A stretch of DNA of 64,000 nt from Amoebophrya sp. A120 (GCA_905178155.1 CAJINV010000021.1:349760-413759), one strand, 5' to 3'; shown: positions 50,507 through 63,022, counted from the stretch's first letter. The notes: a model not told the origin generated them from the sequence alone. Numbers and translations are program-made.

Positions 50507-52455
50507 ATGACGAGCGGCAACCTGCAGGGTGGAGGGGCTACTTCCTCAACCGAGATTGACATGCCGATGCCACCCGCGACCTATAACGCAGCGGACTACA
50601 GCGGACACACGAACCGGGAGAGTATGTGCTTCACGTCCAACCCAAACGGGGCCATGGATACGATCGAAGCCCACAACACCATCTACCACAAGCCCACTCT
50701 CGACGGGCCGCAGACAGCTGGTATTTTTGATAAAGACCGCTTTACTTTCATGTAGTAGCGGTGCGTGCTTGTGCTAGACGAAGACGTCGAGTCAGTCTAA
50801 ATGAAATAACTTTGATTTGAATTTTGCTCGATTTCCCATCAGCCATGGTCATGGTGACATGTACTACATTTTCGGACTCGTTCGTTGTGGCGGAACCAGC
50901 TTTATCACACAAAAAATGTCAATGTTGATGTTCAATTTTTTAATCACAACTCAACTATCAGGCTTGCTCGCGCGCTTCGAAGCTGGGCCCCGGCACAAGC
51001 GATCGCAGAGCAGCAAGATGATCTTGAGCCACCTTCCAGCCGCCACCCCGGAGTATACGAAGTACAACTATTTGAAGCCCAGCGGGATTGCCACCGGTTC
51101 GCAGGAAACGTTCAACTACCATCCAACGTAGTGAATTCTTTTTCTTCCTGTTCATCCTTCTCGTTCATATAATTTACAAGCTGTCGTGTCGTGCTCATGT
51201 TTTTCCTGCTAGTGCTACTACGGCCTTGAATGCCCAACATAACGCTAGTACATTCCAAATCACATTCACACTTAATTTTTCATCTCCTGGCTGCGGCGGA
51301 CCGAGATCGTCGGGTACGCGTACGCACAACCACAACTATAACGATAATCATCAAACCTTTAGTTTCGAAAAAGAACGCACATCATATAAAAAATGATCTC
51401 TCCTTTATCAGGTCTGACCTTCGGGACACGCGCTTCCACCGGGGGTTTCAGCGAAGGCACCAAACCGACATCCGGCAGGACGCTCCGCGCTTGAACAGGG
51501 AGTATACAGTGCAACAGGACCGAGACGCGCGGGACGAGAAGCGAGTAGAGGGGTGGAACAATTACACACAGGACTACACGTTTAACCTGCTCAATGGAGA
51601 AGGTATTGTGAAATTAATACGGTGCTTCTTGTTCTCTAAGATGTATCAGAAGTACACCGATTGCAGTGTGCATGTGCAAAATTGTGCTGTGAAACGGAAG
51701 TGTAGAGTTTTTTTTTTAAAGTGACAGAAAAAAAAAACACGCCCTGAAGATTATCCCAAACACCACCAAGGTCGGGGCCGGGAAGCGGAGTTCAAATCGA
51801 TTGGAAAGCGCGTGATAAACCCGGTGCACGATCATGCGGGGTGCTACGAAGAGCACGACCGCGATCAGCGGAATAGAGGCGTAAATATAGAATTTTTTAA
51901 GGGGTGCCTGGCGTTAGGTTTTACATCTGTGGTTCTTACGCGTACGCGTACTTCCTGTTTACTTTAGGAAATGCAGTGCTCAACACAAGCACAACTTCAA
52001 TCTTCAAAAATAAACAAAACAACAGCGTCAATCCATGAACCGGTTCTACGAGTATCCACCGATGCGACCAAGCGCCAACCGAGAAAACCAGATCGTGTCG
52101 CAAGGGTTTATCAATAGCAAGCCAGAGACCGTCATCATCGGGTACGTATGTTTTCTATTGTTTTTGTTCGCGATTTGGAAGATGAGTCTCCTGCTGCTTG
52201 AGTATACGCGCTTTCTGAGCGGAAACCAGACAAATAAACCAGAACGCAATAAAAACCAAAATGCAAGAACTTCCACTTCATATGTATGAAAAGAACGATT
52301 ATCATTATTCCAGGTACAGTACGGACGCTGCGCCCCGGTTGAAAATGAGGAGTCAAGGCGCGCAGGATAACTTCGCGCACCTGCAGGACAGCTCTGGGGT
52401 ACGGAACTTTGCGCCCCGAGGTGACAGGAACAAGTCCCAGATAATCTTTGGATGA
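50507..52455 (+). CDS. Multi-exon hypothetical protein with canonical introns only
   Basis: GC-richer exon blocks (about 50507-50720, 50960-51130, 51412-51602, 51730-51880, 52020-52142, 52315-52455) separated by AT-rich segments with donor/acceptor-like ends; ends ...RNKSQIIFG*. Confidence 0.55.
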
Positions 52456-53931
52456 GTTGTCTGTTAAACGAGACAAATTTTGCATTTGTAGGTTTACAGA
52501 AGGAAGGAAAGTAATGTACAACAATCATTTCAAATTAATCAGAAGCAGAACCTAGAAAGAGAAACTAACACCAGCACAAAAAATGTACAATTATTTACAT
52601 CTAGTAAAGCTAAAGATTGCCGCAGTAATGTGCGTGTTTCAGTTTCTGTACTATCACGGAATCTTCAGATAGTACACTTGCGAAAAGTAAACTAACAGTA
52701 AGTACCATCCAGCTCATCGTCCTCTTTGTAATTAAAAGAATCTTGTTGTTGTGACGTAAGTACCTTCTGACATCCAGTTTAGTTGCAGCTTTCGTGTACA
52801 AATTTTCAACTTTTCAAAGTCAAAATTAAACACACCTCAATGTAAAAAAACACATCCCTGGAAATAAAGCTTGAAAGAGCAATTTTGCGTGTAGTGGATG
52901 CCTATGCCACGACGACGACGTATGCTTCTATGATCAAGTTTGATTGTATGATTTTTCCAACATCACCAACACACTCCGTGCAACCCCGCAGTAAAAAAAA
53001 AGGAAACGAAGAGTTGAAGGAGACGCTTGGTCTTCGACAAAAACTCTATGCAATCGCTCCTCGTGGTTTGTGTGCTGTCGTCTTCAACGAGCGTGCTTCC
53101 GCCCCCCTTGTCACGAGAATATTATGATGCCTCCGACGAGAAGTCAACATCGCAATCAATCTAGAGATAATGATCAAGAAAACCAAAGTTAAAGTTTGAT
53201 GATGTTGAAAATACGCCACCACAACTCTGATCGGTAAACCTTCTGAACAAGCTTCCGTCCTAGTGTAAAGAAACCTGGTTTTACAATTTTTTCAAAGATT
53301 GATTTCAAGAATCAGAAGCAAAGATAAAGAAACCTTTGGCAATTCAAAGGCGGAGAAGTACGACCGGAGCAGCCCCCAAGAGTCTTCCAGGAAGTGGAGA
53401 TGAGGAAGTGAAAAATCTAACGAGCAGCAAGAAAAAGTAAAAGACAAGTAAAGCGCAGAAGCAGGAGGAGGGGCAGCACCACTGCACGGATCATCGTGTG
53501 GCGAAAAAGTCCATGAGCTCACTTTTATTTCCGGCCAGAAGTAGTTGCTGCTCTTGCTTCCAAGTGACCAGCTCGTGCCGAAGGAAAGGAAAGCAAAAGG
53601 CGTGCCGGCTGCACACAAGGAGGATCAGGATAAGTGAAGCCGAAGCCGGGGCCGCAGGAACAAATTGGACAAAGTCAACGTCAGCAGGCGGTCAATCAAG
53701 TTTGCTACGAAGAGCAAGGGGAGCATCGTCGAGCTACACGATCATTTGGGACTTAACCACAACGAGTCGTCTGTTTTGTGAGGATCAGGCTGCAAAGAGC
53801 TTCATCATTTCGGCTGAACAAGAAGGAGTACATCCACTGGCACTGCCACAAGCAGCTGTAGCAGCGGCTTCTAGACTGCGGGTGACGACGAGCACAACAA
53901 AAGATCCCCACGGTAATAAACAACTCTCTGT

Positions 53932-56900
53932 ATGGGCGGGTGCTGCAGCGCAAAAGCAAGTACTTCTCGTGGAGCTCCGCCAGAGCAGCAAGATGTCGAT
54001 CGCAGTCCGACGTACCGCGTCACCGAGCGACCAAGCCAGGCAGAAGGTGAGGCAGAAGAAGACCCCAACTACACCACCTCGGACGTTGACAGATATGCGA
54101 CAGGTTCACGCATATCATCTTCGGATTCTGATAGCAGTGGCATAATCAGATATTTTCATCTTGTCTTTACTGCTTTGATTGTCATGTTGACAAACTTCGA
54201 ACTTTCTCTTGCATCACGCCATGATTCCAGAAGAATCTCAATCTCTGACGACTTTTATTGCCGCCATGCTCGAGCTTTTATTCCGTTTTCAACATGATCA
54301 ACACAGCCCAAGAGAACAGTGGTACGGAAACAGATGGCGCCCTCGGATACGACGACCCGGTTGGAATTTCCTCCTCGCGAGGACACGGTAGCCATCAGAA
54401 TAAAAGCAGGACCACCAGAACCACCCGGGCGTCGGCGTCCGCAGCGGTCGCGCCACACAGTCCCGGTGGTGGAAACAACGTGAGAAAAAGCGGGATCAAT
54501 GTGGTAGCGAACCTAACCCCGGCCTGGATCCGTGGTGGCGGGGGCCGAGCCCGGGACGAAAATTTGTCCGTCATCATTCCAGGCGATGACGATCGCGCAA
54601 ACAGAAGCGGGCGGGCCACTACAACTTCCGGCTCCGTTTACGCGCCGGGGCCTTCTGCAGGTACGGGCGGAGAGGATGATAATGTTCCGGCACCACCGCC
54701 GCGCCGACTCCACAGCCCGGATGACGCCATTGGCAGCACTAGTCCATCTGCTCGAGATAGAGCGTACGAACGCGGACGAGGGGTCTTCGGTGCCGGGGAG
54801 AAGAAGAAGAAACCCTTCGGAGCTGCATCAGGGCCTTCCAACATGTTGTTGCCTCGGTCCGGGGATTCCAGTGCGAAATCCAAAACTTCCTCCCGGAAAT
54901 CCTCGAACGCAGCCCAATTTTTACCGAATAGCACGGGTGGTCCTTCGAAGCCCCCGATTTTGCCGTCGACGGTTCTAGGAACAACTTCTACAGGGGGCGG
55001 CGCCACTGGTAACACGTCGTTCAAAAAGCAGCTGGGAGGAGGACCCGGTGCTGGGAGCGGTCGCTCGGAGATGGACGATGATATTGCTTTTGCTGGATCT
55101 GGAGGACCACAAAGCACCAGGACGCGGGGGGGTACCAAATTGCAGGTCCCTTTTTACAACGAACAGAACAAGATGCGCTCGCGGTCCAATGTCGAATCGC
55201 CGGCTTCCCGACGAAATAAGAGGTCCTCCACCGCTACCCCAAACCTGAACATGTTGTCCCCGCGCTCGAAATCCGCGGCCGCCAGCGCGACGCCCAAAGC
55301 GTCCGCACGGAACAGAGCGGGTGGTGGTGCTGCTCCCCCCGCGGGAATCGCGAATGAGCTCGACCAGAGCCAGGAGGTGACGCGGCAGATGTTCGACAAA
55401 AACACCCTGCGCCTGATGCCACAGTGGGCCCCCCTGTTTGCGGACTGCCTAGACAAGATCGGAAAGGACGGGGTCGCGAAGTACCTGCAGGAAAGCCACG
55501 GTATCAAATCGCTGGCAGACCCCGCAATGGTTGTCTCATCGAGTGGTACATCAACTACAGGAGGAGCTTCCGCTAGCACATCTTCCTCCTCTAGTGCAAC
55601 TCAAGTGCGCATTTTCTGCCGCAAGCGACCACTGTTTGAGAAGGAGGAAGAAGCCGGGGCCTACGACTGTGTGCATGTCGCGTCCTCTAGTACTTCCAAG
55701 CAAATAAATCCGACGTCGACAACTACTAGTTCAAGTTCTTCGCCCAGCACAGCACCCCCGCCGTCCTACGTGCTCGCGAGTGCGTGTAACTTCGAAGCGG
55801 ACCTGAAAACGCCCTTCATTCAGCAACACGGCTTTGCTTTCGACTGTGCGTTTGACGAAACGATGGGAAACGAAGAGATTTTCCTGCACATGCGCGACCG
55901 GGAGAAATTTTTCTCCGCGGACAAATTCAACGTACCAGGGTCGATCACGACGTTGTTTATGCTGGGACAGACGGGATCGGGGAAAACGTTTACAATGACC
56001 GCAATCGAAGCCTTTGCCGCGACAGAGATTTTCAAAGCGAAAACAAACTGCAAGGTGTCGTTTGTCGAGCTGCGCGGAAACAAAGTTTTCGACCTGCTGT
56101 ACAAGGTAGGGGAAGAAATCATTTGTTTAAGAGAAATTTTGAATTTAGTATGGTATTTTTTGTTGTTCAATAAACATCACACTGATGCATTTACACGCAG
56201 AAAGAACTAAAGCGCTATTCTGTGCGGTTGGCACGCACACTCGCATTTTTCCTTGAAGCAAGGATTCTTCGTCGAAAGGTGCAATTTTAATTTAATGATC
56301 TCAACTCTGCGAACAAAATAGTGTTAGTGTTTGATTATCTCTTCCAATTATTCTTCTGACTCCGTACAACAGGGTCGGTCCGCAACGGAGGTGCAGATTC
56401 GGGAAGTTTCCACCGGTAAGTACGTTGTCCAAGACGCAGAAATCCGCGAGTGCACCACGGCTTTGGAGTTGCAAAATTGGATGAAGACGGGGCACGACAG
56501 GCGACACACCGAAGCCACCGGCGCGAACGACACGTCCTCGAGAAGCCACGCTGTGATCACGGTAAAGAAAGTTGAGGTTGAGTTGGAACATGCATAAAAA
56601 TGAAACGGAACATGAAGAAGCGCCTTTACTTTTTGGTTTTGAAGAGCAATCAACGCACAGATTTGATGGCTGAAAGCATCATGCGATGAATGCACGACCC
56701 GTAACAAACTTTCGAATTCAGATCTCCATGGGTAACGACTGTCGGTTGATCCTTGTGGACGCTGCGGGCACGGAACGGTCCAAGGACCAGATGAGCCACA
56801 CGCGGGAACGGCAGGAGGAAACCGCGGAAATCAACGCATCCTTATACGCGCTGAAGGAGTGCATCCGACATCAGGGGGGCGACATTCCTGCGCATTTGTT

Positions 56901-58017
56901 CCGGCAGAGCACTCTGACGAAGTTACTTGCGGAGTCATTCCGGAAGCCGCCGACACGTACGTGAGTTGTTGCGAAGTAGATTTTTTTAGTGCTGTTTTTT
57001 GAGCGTCTAGAGCGGGGAGAAGGTGACCGCTGCAATTCATAGAAAATACAGCGAAGCAATGACAATGACTCAAGAAAAAGTCTGAAAACGGTATCGCACA
57101 TCAAAACACGAACCTCTCAGCCCCGAAACCCGTGATAAACCGCCTTCCCGGCACCAGTCCCAAAACCGCCCTTGCGATGGCATCGCGCGCGTCGCAATTG
57201 GGAGGACCTGCGCCCGTTGATCAGCTCCTCTCGACGACGTCGCAAGAAGTAGAAGGCACCGGGTTCTCATTCGCAGACGGTTCTTCGTCCGGCGGTCCAA
57301 CCCGATTGATCGGCGTGATTGTCACGATATCGCCGAACGTTACCGACATCGAGCACAGTCTGACAACTCTCCGCGCCGGCTACGGAATGAAAAACAGCAA
57401 GCAGCAGTGCACACACAGTGTGAAACTGACGGATCTGAAAAAATTTATCGGCGAAAAGGACATCCGCTACGTACCGGTGAACAAGTGGACCCCAGATCAG
57501 GTCGCACTCTGGGTCACGTCCCTCCAGCCCCCGGCACCAGACGGAAAGTCGGAGCTGCCGAAAAAGCTCCCGGGGGGAACGACTGGGGCGATGATGCTGC
57601 GGTTTCAGGCAAATCGATTTCACCAGGTGTTTATGCATTGCAAAAGTATCGTACACGTTCACGTACTCGTATAAATGCATTACAAATTTCCTCAGCATGA
57701 GAAATGGAATCTGTTGTGCTGTTTTACCTTAGGAAGAAGATTTTTTGTCATGCATATTTACAAGTACTACGACTACGAGTGCGATACTTTTGCGCAGGAT
57801 AGTGCTTGGCGACAAGCTCGGGGAGAAAGTCTACACTATTTCCTGAAAATTAAGCACTTCCATCCAATTTGTCATGCAGAACATGTAGTAAACGTAAAGT
57901 CTGTGTTTGTCATGCAAAAAGTAGATCATGGGGATGGTTAGAAATTTTCAGGGAATATACACCCAACTTCGCAAAGAAGTGGAGACACCGACGGCCTTCA
58001 TATATGATGATGACTAG
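53932..58017 (+). CDS. Kinesin motor protein, kinesin-13-like, with N-terminal MGGCC and C-terminal SAM-like segment
   Basis: Motifs FCRKRPL, FAFDCAFDE, P-loop GQTGSGKT, switch I NDTSSRSHAV, switch II-like LVDAAGTER, EINASLYALKECIR, FRQSTLTKLL, VTISP; canonical introns plus two introners. 3' end approximate. Confidence 0.88.
57632..57801. mobile_element. Introner, family B
   Basis: tatgcattgcaaaagtatcgtac / gtgcgatacttttgcgcaggata; flanks gtgtt/gtgct. Confidence 0.92.
57837..57957. mobile_element. Introner, family K (single copy here)
   Basis: tatttcctgaaaatt / aattttcagggaata; perfect direct repeat tacac; join KVYT|QLRKE. Confidence 0.9.
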
Positions 58018-60502
58018 ACTTTTTTTAGGTGGATCATACGAGGTTGGTGGCTGGCACCGGAGTAGATCGGAGTCCTGGATGAAAAAACGATTGTTTATTG
58101 ATCTTCATACCAACCCAAAATTACTGACACCATTGATAAATTCTTCCTTTTACCAAATCCAAATCTAGCGACATTTTACCACTTCTCAGACCGCGAGGCT
58201 GCTGCTTGGTTGTCGTTTCAATGTGTTTTGTCATAGTGCTATGTTAATGTTTCTCACATGAACACGCGTAGTGCTGCTCCTGTCTCTTCGATCTCGATGG
58301 GAATGGGTTCTGTTCAACAACAAAAAATTCGCCGTCGACGATGATTTTTTTTTGCGTTCGTCGCAGCTTATTTCATACGGACGGAGCGGGAGCTGTGCAA
58401 CAGGCAGGGATGCGTTGGTGCATGATATCGTGATTTCTGATGATGTAGTGATGAAATCCAAGAACCAGCTGTAATCGTCTGTCTGGCCGCGCCCGGTGAT
58501 AATCACCATGAACGAAGATGCCGTGCCAACAATTCACATACCAACTGCCGTAGCAGAGAAGCGGAAGGGAAATAAGAAAGCTCATCTTTAGGTCCCCATA
58601 ATAAGACCACATCTCAGTAGTTTCGCATGTTAACGAGTGGCCCTGTGCGAGTGTGTCAGATCTGCGTGTAGGACACTTTGCTGTTGAGCCTGATCTTTCT
58701 TTCCTTACCCCAGAGTGAGCTGCAAGGAAGTTAGACTAGTGGCTGGCAAAAGTGAATGGTGGTGAATGCACCGAAGAGAAAGATGCACCGAAGAAAAAGT
58801 TGGGGTGGTTGGCGGAGATTGAGTGGCCTACGCTGGCGTGATGGGATTTTTTTTTTTCAATTGTGAGCGCAGAGCGGAAAATGGATGAATTTATCCTACA
58901 TAGAAATACAAATGCAATTGTTGCTTCAGCGCTTGAATTCGAAATTTCTCAAGTATTAATGTAGAAAAACCAAAGTAGGCGTCTTATTCTATTCATTCCG
59001 GTGGCTTCCTGGTCCGATTTTGACTCGCGTCACACACAGACATGACATGCGGAATTGAGTGGAGCAGCATGGCAAGACCTTCGCGGCGCAAAGGCAGCGG
59101 GTGCGGCTGCGCTAGTGCCTCGCGCGGTTTCGCGTCTTCCTGTAAATGATGGCGCGCGCGCTTCTGGCTTTCGTAGTCGTCCTGCGATCCGCGCGCGTCC
59201 GTTCCCGACTTCACTCTGATGCAGGGCGAGGGTGCTCTTTGTTCTTCGTGGCATGAGGCACGCCAGCGCCGTTCCCCAACCGGCGACACAACGCGCCCCG
59301 GATCGCGGCGCTGGATGGCACCCACGCGGCCCGGGGGGCTGGCGCGTTAGCCGGAAGATCGTTGGAAAGGGCCGCGCTTCCTTCGGGAGGGCGGCCTGCC
59401 TTGCCGGCCACCGCGACCGCGACACCGGGCGGGGGTTTTGGGTGTGGCGGCCTTATTGGGCAGACGGGCGACGCCACGGATTACAAAACTCCGCAGCCGC
59501 CAGCCGCTGAGCACCCGCGCAGCCCCCCCCCTGCTGCCTGGGCAGGGCTGGCCCTTGCTGCCCGGCGCGGCCTGGTTGCCCCTGGCCTTGCCCTGGTTAG
59601 TGTCGTCGGACCCCTGCCCCGCGCCACGCACCCACGTGCGCGGCCGGCCCGGCCCTCGCGCCGGTCTGTTTTTCGAGCGATGGGCCCGCGCCCCCTCCTG
59701 CAGAAAGTTAGTAAGCTGGGCCGGTCGGGCCCCCGCCTACTTCAGCTCAGAGCCGGGCGGCCCCTGAGCGTCGGCCTGCGCTGTAGTCCACCCCTCCTTC
59801 CTTCGTTGTGGAGCCCCGGCGAAGGCCGCGGCGCGGTTCCGAGGGAGCTCGCTCCCCACCATCGTGGCCATTATCTGTCGTTACAAACATACAGGCCCGC
59901 CGGGGTTGCCGCCAACTGGCCCTTGCTCCGGCGCGGTTTTCTGCAGACGCCCAATTTTTGTCCAGCCAGAGCAAAAGCCATCCTGCAGCCCCTTTGCTGG
60001 AGGTGCTTTGTGTTCGCTTGCAGCCTTGCATACTATGATTGCCGGATGCAGGAGAAGCAGTTCTTCATCAGTGTGCGACGACGATTTCGCCGCTGTGCAC
60101 TGAAATATGAGCGAAGCCGAGGCAACACGAACATCACTTGTGAGAAGTGTACTACGAGACGAGGAGTTTCTGTGATTACCTGAGTAGTTGTTGATCATCA
60201 TGACCTATCATATTGATATTTGAGCTCGGGCGCGGCCGCGTTGTAGTGCACGACGGGCGAGGCGCGCAGCGCACATCTCTGTTGCGGGATTCCCGGAGCG
60301 CCGGGTGATATGATGCCTGTGTCACGGAAAGGCGTCATGTCGCGGCTCTGGCTGCCTGTGCCATCAATTGCGTGACTTTGTGGGCGAGATGAAATGTTGT
60401 GCTGAGAGAGTGTAGTTCACCTTCACGACTTCCATATCAGTGCCACAAGGAGTGCAGGACCGCTGCAGCGGACCTGCCGGAGGTCGTATATCGGGCAGCG
60501 CC

Positions 60503-63022
60503 ATGGAAAGTTTACGACCTGTGCCGTTACGGATGTCGGGGAAACAAAGCCTTGCCTCGTTGCTCATCTGCAGTTTTCTGTTTCCCAACAGCACGACTTC
60601 CCTCACCTCCGTCGCCGCTCTCTCGTTCGGCGAGGCACTTCTTCAGAAACGGCGCCAGCGCGCTGACAAGTGTCCTCCGCCGGCGGACTGCAAGTGCCAC
60701 TGCGAGTGCCCCGCGCCGGTCTCGAAGCCGCAACCTCCGCCCGGCAAACCCTGCCCCTTTGTCCCGATCCCGCCGGGCGCGAAACCGAAGCCCCCGGCCG
60801 AGACGCGATGCGCGACCGGGTTTGTCAAGCGGGCGAACCTAGAATGTGCCGAGATCACACCGGAAATCATCACCGAGTTACAAAGCGTGGTCGCCGTGAA
60901 ACTGCAGGAATTGAACCTCGCCCGGACCAACTTTCAAGCGGAGAAGGATCTGATCGCGAGTGGAAAACCCAGTGGCAACAAGGAGTTGCACCGGAAACTC
61001 CTCCTGAAAGCGCACGACGCCTACGAAACCAGCCTGGACTATCCACAAAAAAGCACCCATCGCCATTCAATTTGTCATGCAAAATATTAATATGCATCAA
61101 ACGCAGTGTTTGTCATGCAAAACATAGATGGGGATGCGTGTTTTTACTTGGATATGGACATGCTTCTGAACGCGTGGGATATGGCGCCGTTCCGGAAAAA
61201 GAAGGCCGCGGCCGACGGTCCCGTAGCGGAAAAACCGGAATTCGTGAGTTTCGCAACCCTGGTTTCTGCCGACGAACAACAAACGCAGCCGCACTGCGAG
61301 AGTTGGACTTCTTTACTGGAAAACTACGACGTTAGCGAAAAGGACTGTGCGGTCATGTGTCGGCAGCAGCCGAATTGCGTCGGCTTTGCGAAGGTCAAAC
61401 CCGCAGAAAAGGACTTTTGCGTGTGGTTCACAGCAAATGCGAATACAAACAATCAAGCTCCTAACAAGTGCTTCGACCCCTCTTCCGACCTCAGCGCGCA
61501 GTACTTCAAGAAGAACCGCGAGGAACAAACCGACCTGCAACGACCGATCTCCAAGGACATGTCGGGGCTGTCCCGGTTGCAGGACATCCTCGCGATCCAG
61601 ATGGCGGACACGGATTTTGATGCGCACGGGGCGATATCAAATGCAAAAATGTCTGGGTCTGGAACTTGTGATGCGTCCTGTGGGTCACACAAAAATCTGT
61701 GTTGCGTGATCACCAAGAGTTGTGCTTTTTTGACCAACATGAGCGGGAGTTTCTCATGCGGGACAGGCATGGCGGAGACTTCGCAGAATCTATCATGCTA
61801 GGTCCTGCATTCCAGACCTCATGGGGCATGAAAAATATGCATGACAAATCTGCACTCTTCCACACCCAGACATTTTTGCAATGCATAGGCGACGGACAAA
61901 TTTGACCAGTGGAAAAACGAGGGCATCAGCATCGAGGACACAAGTACAGTATCAACTGTAAAAATGTCTGGGTCTGGAAAAGTGCAACTTGTCATGCTAA
62001 ATCTGAATCATACAAAAATCTGTGTTGCATGATTACGAATAAAGCTGTTCACTTTTGAGAAGGCCGAGAGGCAGTTTGTCATGCGGAAAAGGCATAGTAA
62101 AGATCTCACAGAATCTGTGATGCTACGGCATGCATCACAGACCTCACACGTCATGCAAAACCTGCATCACAAGTCTGGCATTCTTCCAGACCCAGACACT
62201 TTTGCAATCCATATACAGTGGAACAGTTTCAACATTCCAAACAGTTGTACACGGACGAGGTGGTGAATACGAAGAAGGTGTATGCAATGTAAATTCCCTG
62301 TACATGATGTACAAAATGCATGACAAATTTCTCTAACTTGCAGCGTCCAACTTGTCATGCTAGACTAGGAGTGAGGGCAAGTTTTGTCATGCAGAAACTG
62401 CATTTGCACGTGTGCGAGAAATTTACTGTGGATAAGGTGTGGATACAGATGATGGAGGTGGCGCGGAGGTTGGCAGAGGAAATCCGGGATGATACGGACG
62501 CCGTCGACCCGCTGCCGGCACCGAAGCCGGTATTTATGGTGTACTTTCCGTGTGTGTAGAAATGGAATGGAAGAATTATGTATCTAACTCTATTCGCATG
62601 TGAATGTGAAGAGGTCGTGACCGCGTGTTCGTGGTCCGCGTTTACAACGTTGGTTTATCTTTGTCAACTACTATCTCAATCGTTATTGCCATCAACTACT
62701 TGTTTATATGTCTTCATGAATGTACAACTTCTACGGATTATGAATGTTGGAGCTGCATCTTCTATTGATGATGTTGTAATCACGACAGGCACCAGCGCCC
62801 CCTCCGCCGAAGAAGAAACCCACGTGGGCCGACCATCCCAACTACGACGATACAAAGTGGTCGCAACGGCACCCGGACTGCCCACAGGGACCGCCGTGCG
62901 TCTGCGACTGTAACTGCCGCGGAGCCCCGCCGCAAAACTTCATTGACCCACCACCGCCGCCACCGAAACCGTGTCCCACAGTGGACCCACCGCCCGCAGG
63001 GGGAATCACGCCGATTCGATGA
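60503..63022 (+). CDS. Putative secreted Cys/Pro-rich protein with PAN/Apple-like domain, 4 introners
   Basis: Hydrophobic N-terminus; CPPPADCKCHCECP and CPQGPPCVCDCNC motifs; SEKDCAVMCRQQPNCVGF...CVW resembles PAN/Apple; joins SLD|MLLN, HGA|TDKF, TST|VEQF, KKV|WIQM; GT-AG intron about 62530-62788. Confidence 0.72.
61040..61154. mobile_element. Introner, family I
   Basis: tatccacaaaaaagcacccatcgccat / atggggatgcgtgtttttacttggata; perfect direct repeat tggac. Confidence 0.9.
61635..61887. mobile_element. Introner, family A
   Basis: tatcaaatgcaaaaatgtctgggtctggaa / ttccacacccagacatttttgcaatgcata; perfect direct repeat ggcga. Confidence 0.95.
61950..62213. mobile_element. Introner, family A
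   Basis: tatcaactgtaaaaatgtctgggtctggaa / ttccagacccagacacttttgcaatccata; perfect direct repeat tacag. Confidence 0.95.
62281..62434. mobile_element. Introner, family H
   Basis: tatgcaatgtaaattccc / gagaaatttactgtggata; perfect direct repeat aggtg. Confidence 0.9.

Noticed and set aside
752-62213. Recurrent 30-bp repeats as a possible CRISPR array
   Set aside because: Repeats are inverted pairs dispersed in genes with TSDs, not direct repeats with regular spacers; no cas genes; eukaryotic context.
437-62358. Many short ORFs sharing peptides such as CKNVWVWK, FQTQTFL, LPDPDIF, CKSIVLV
   Set aside because: They are translations of the introner TIRs in various frames, not a protein family.
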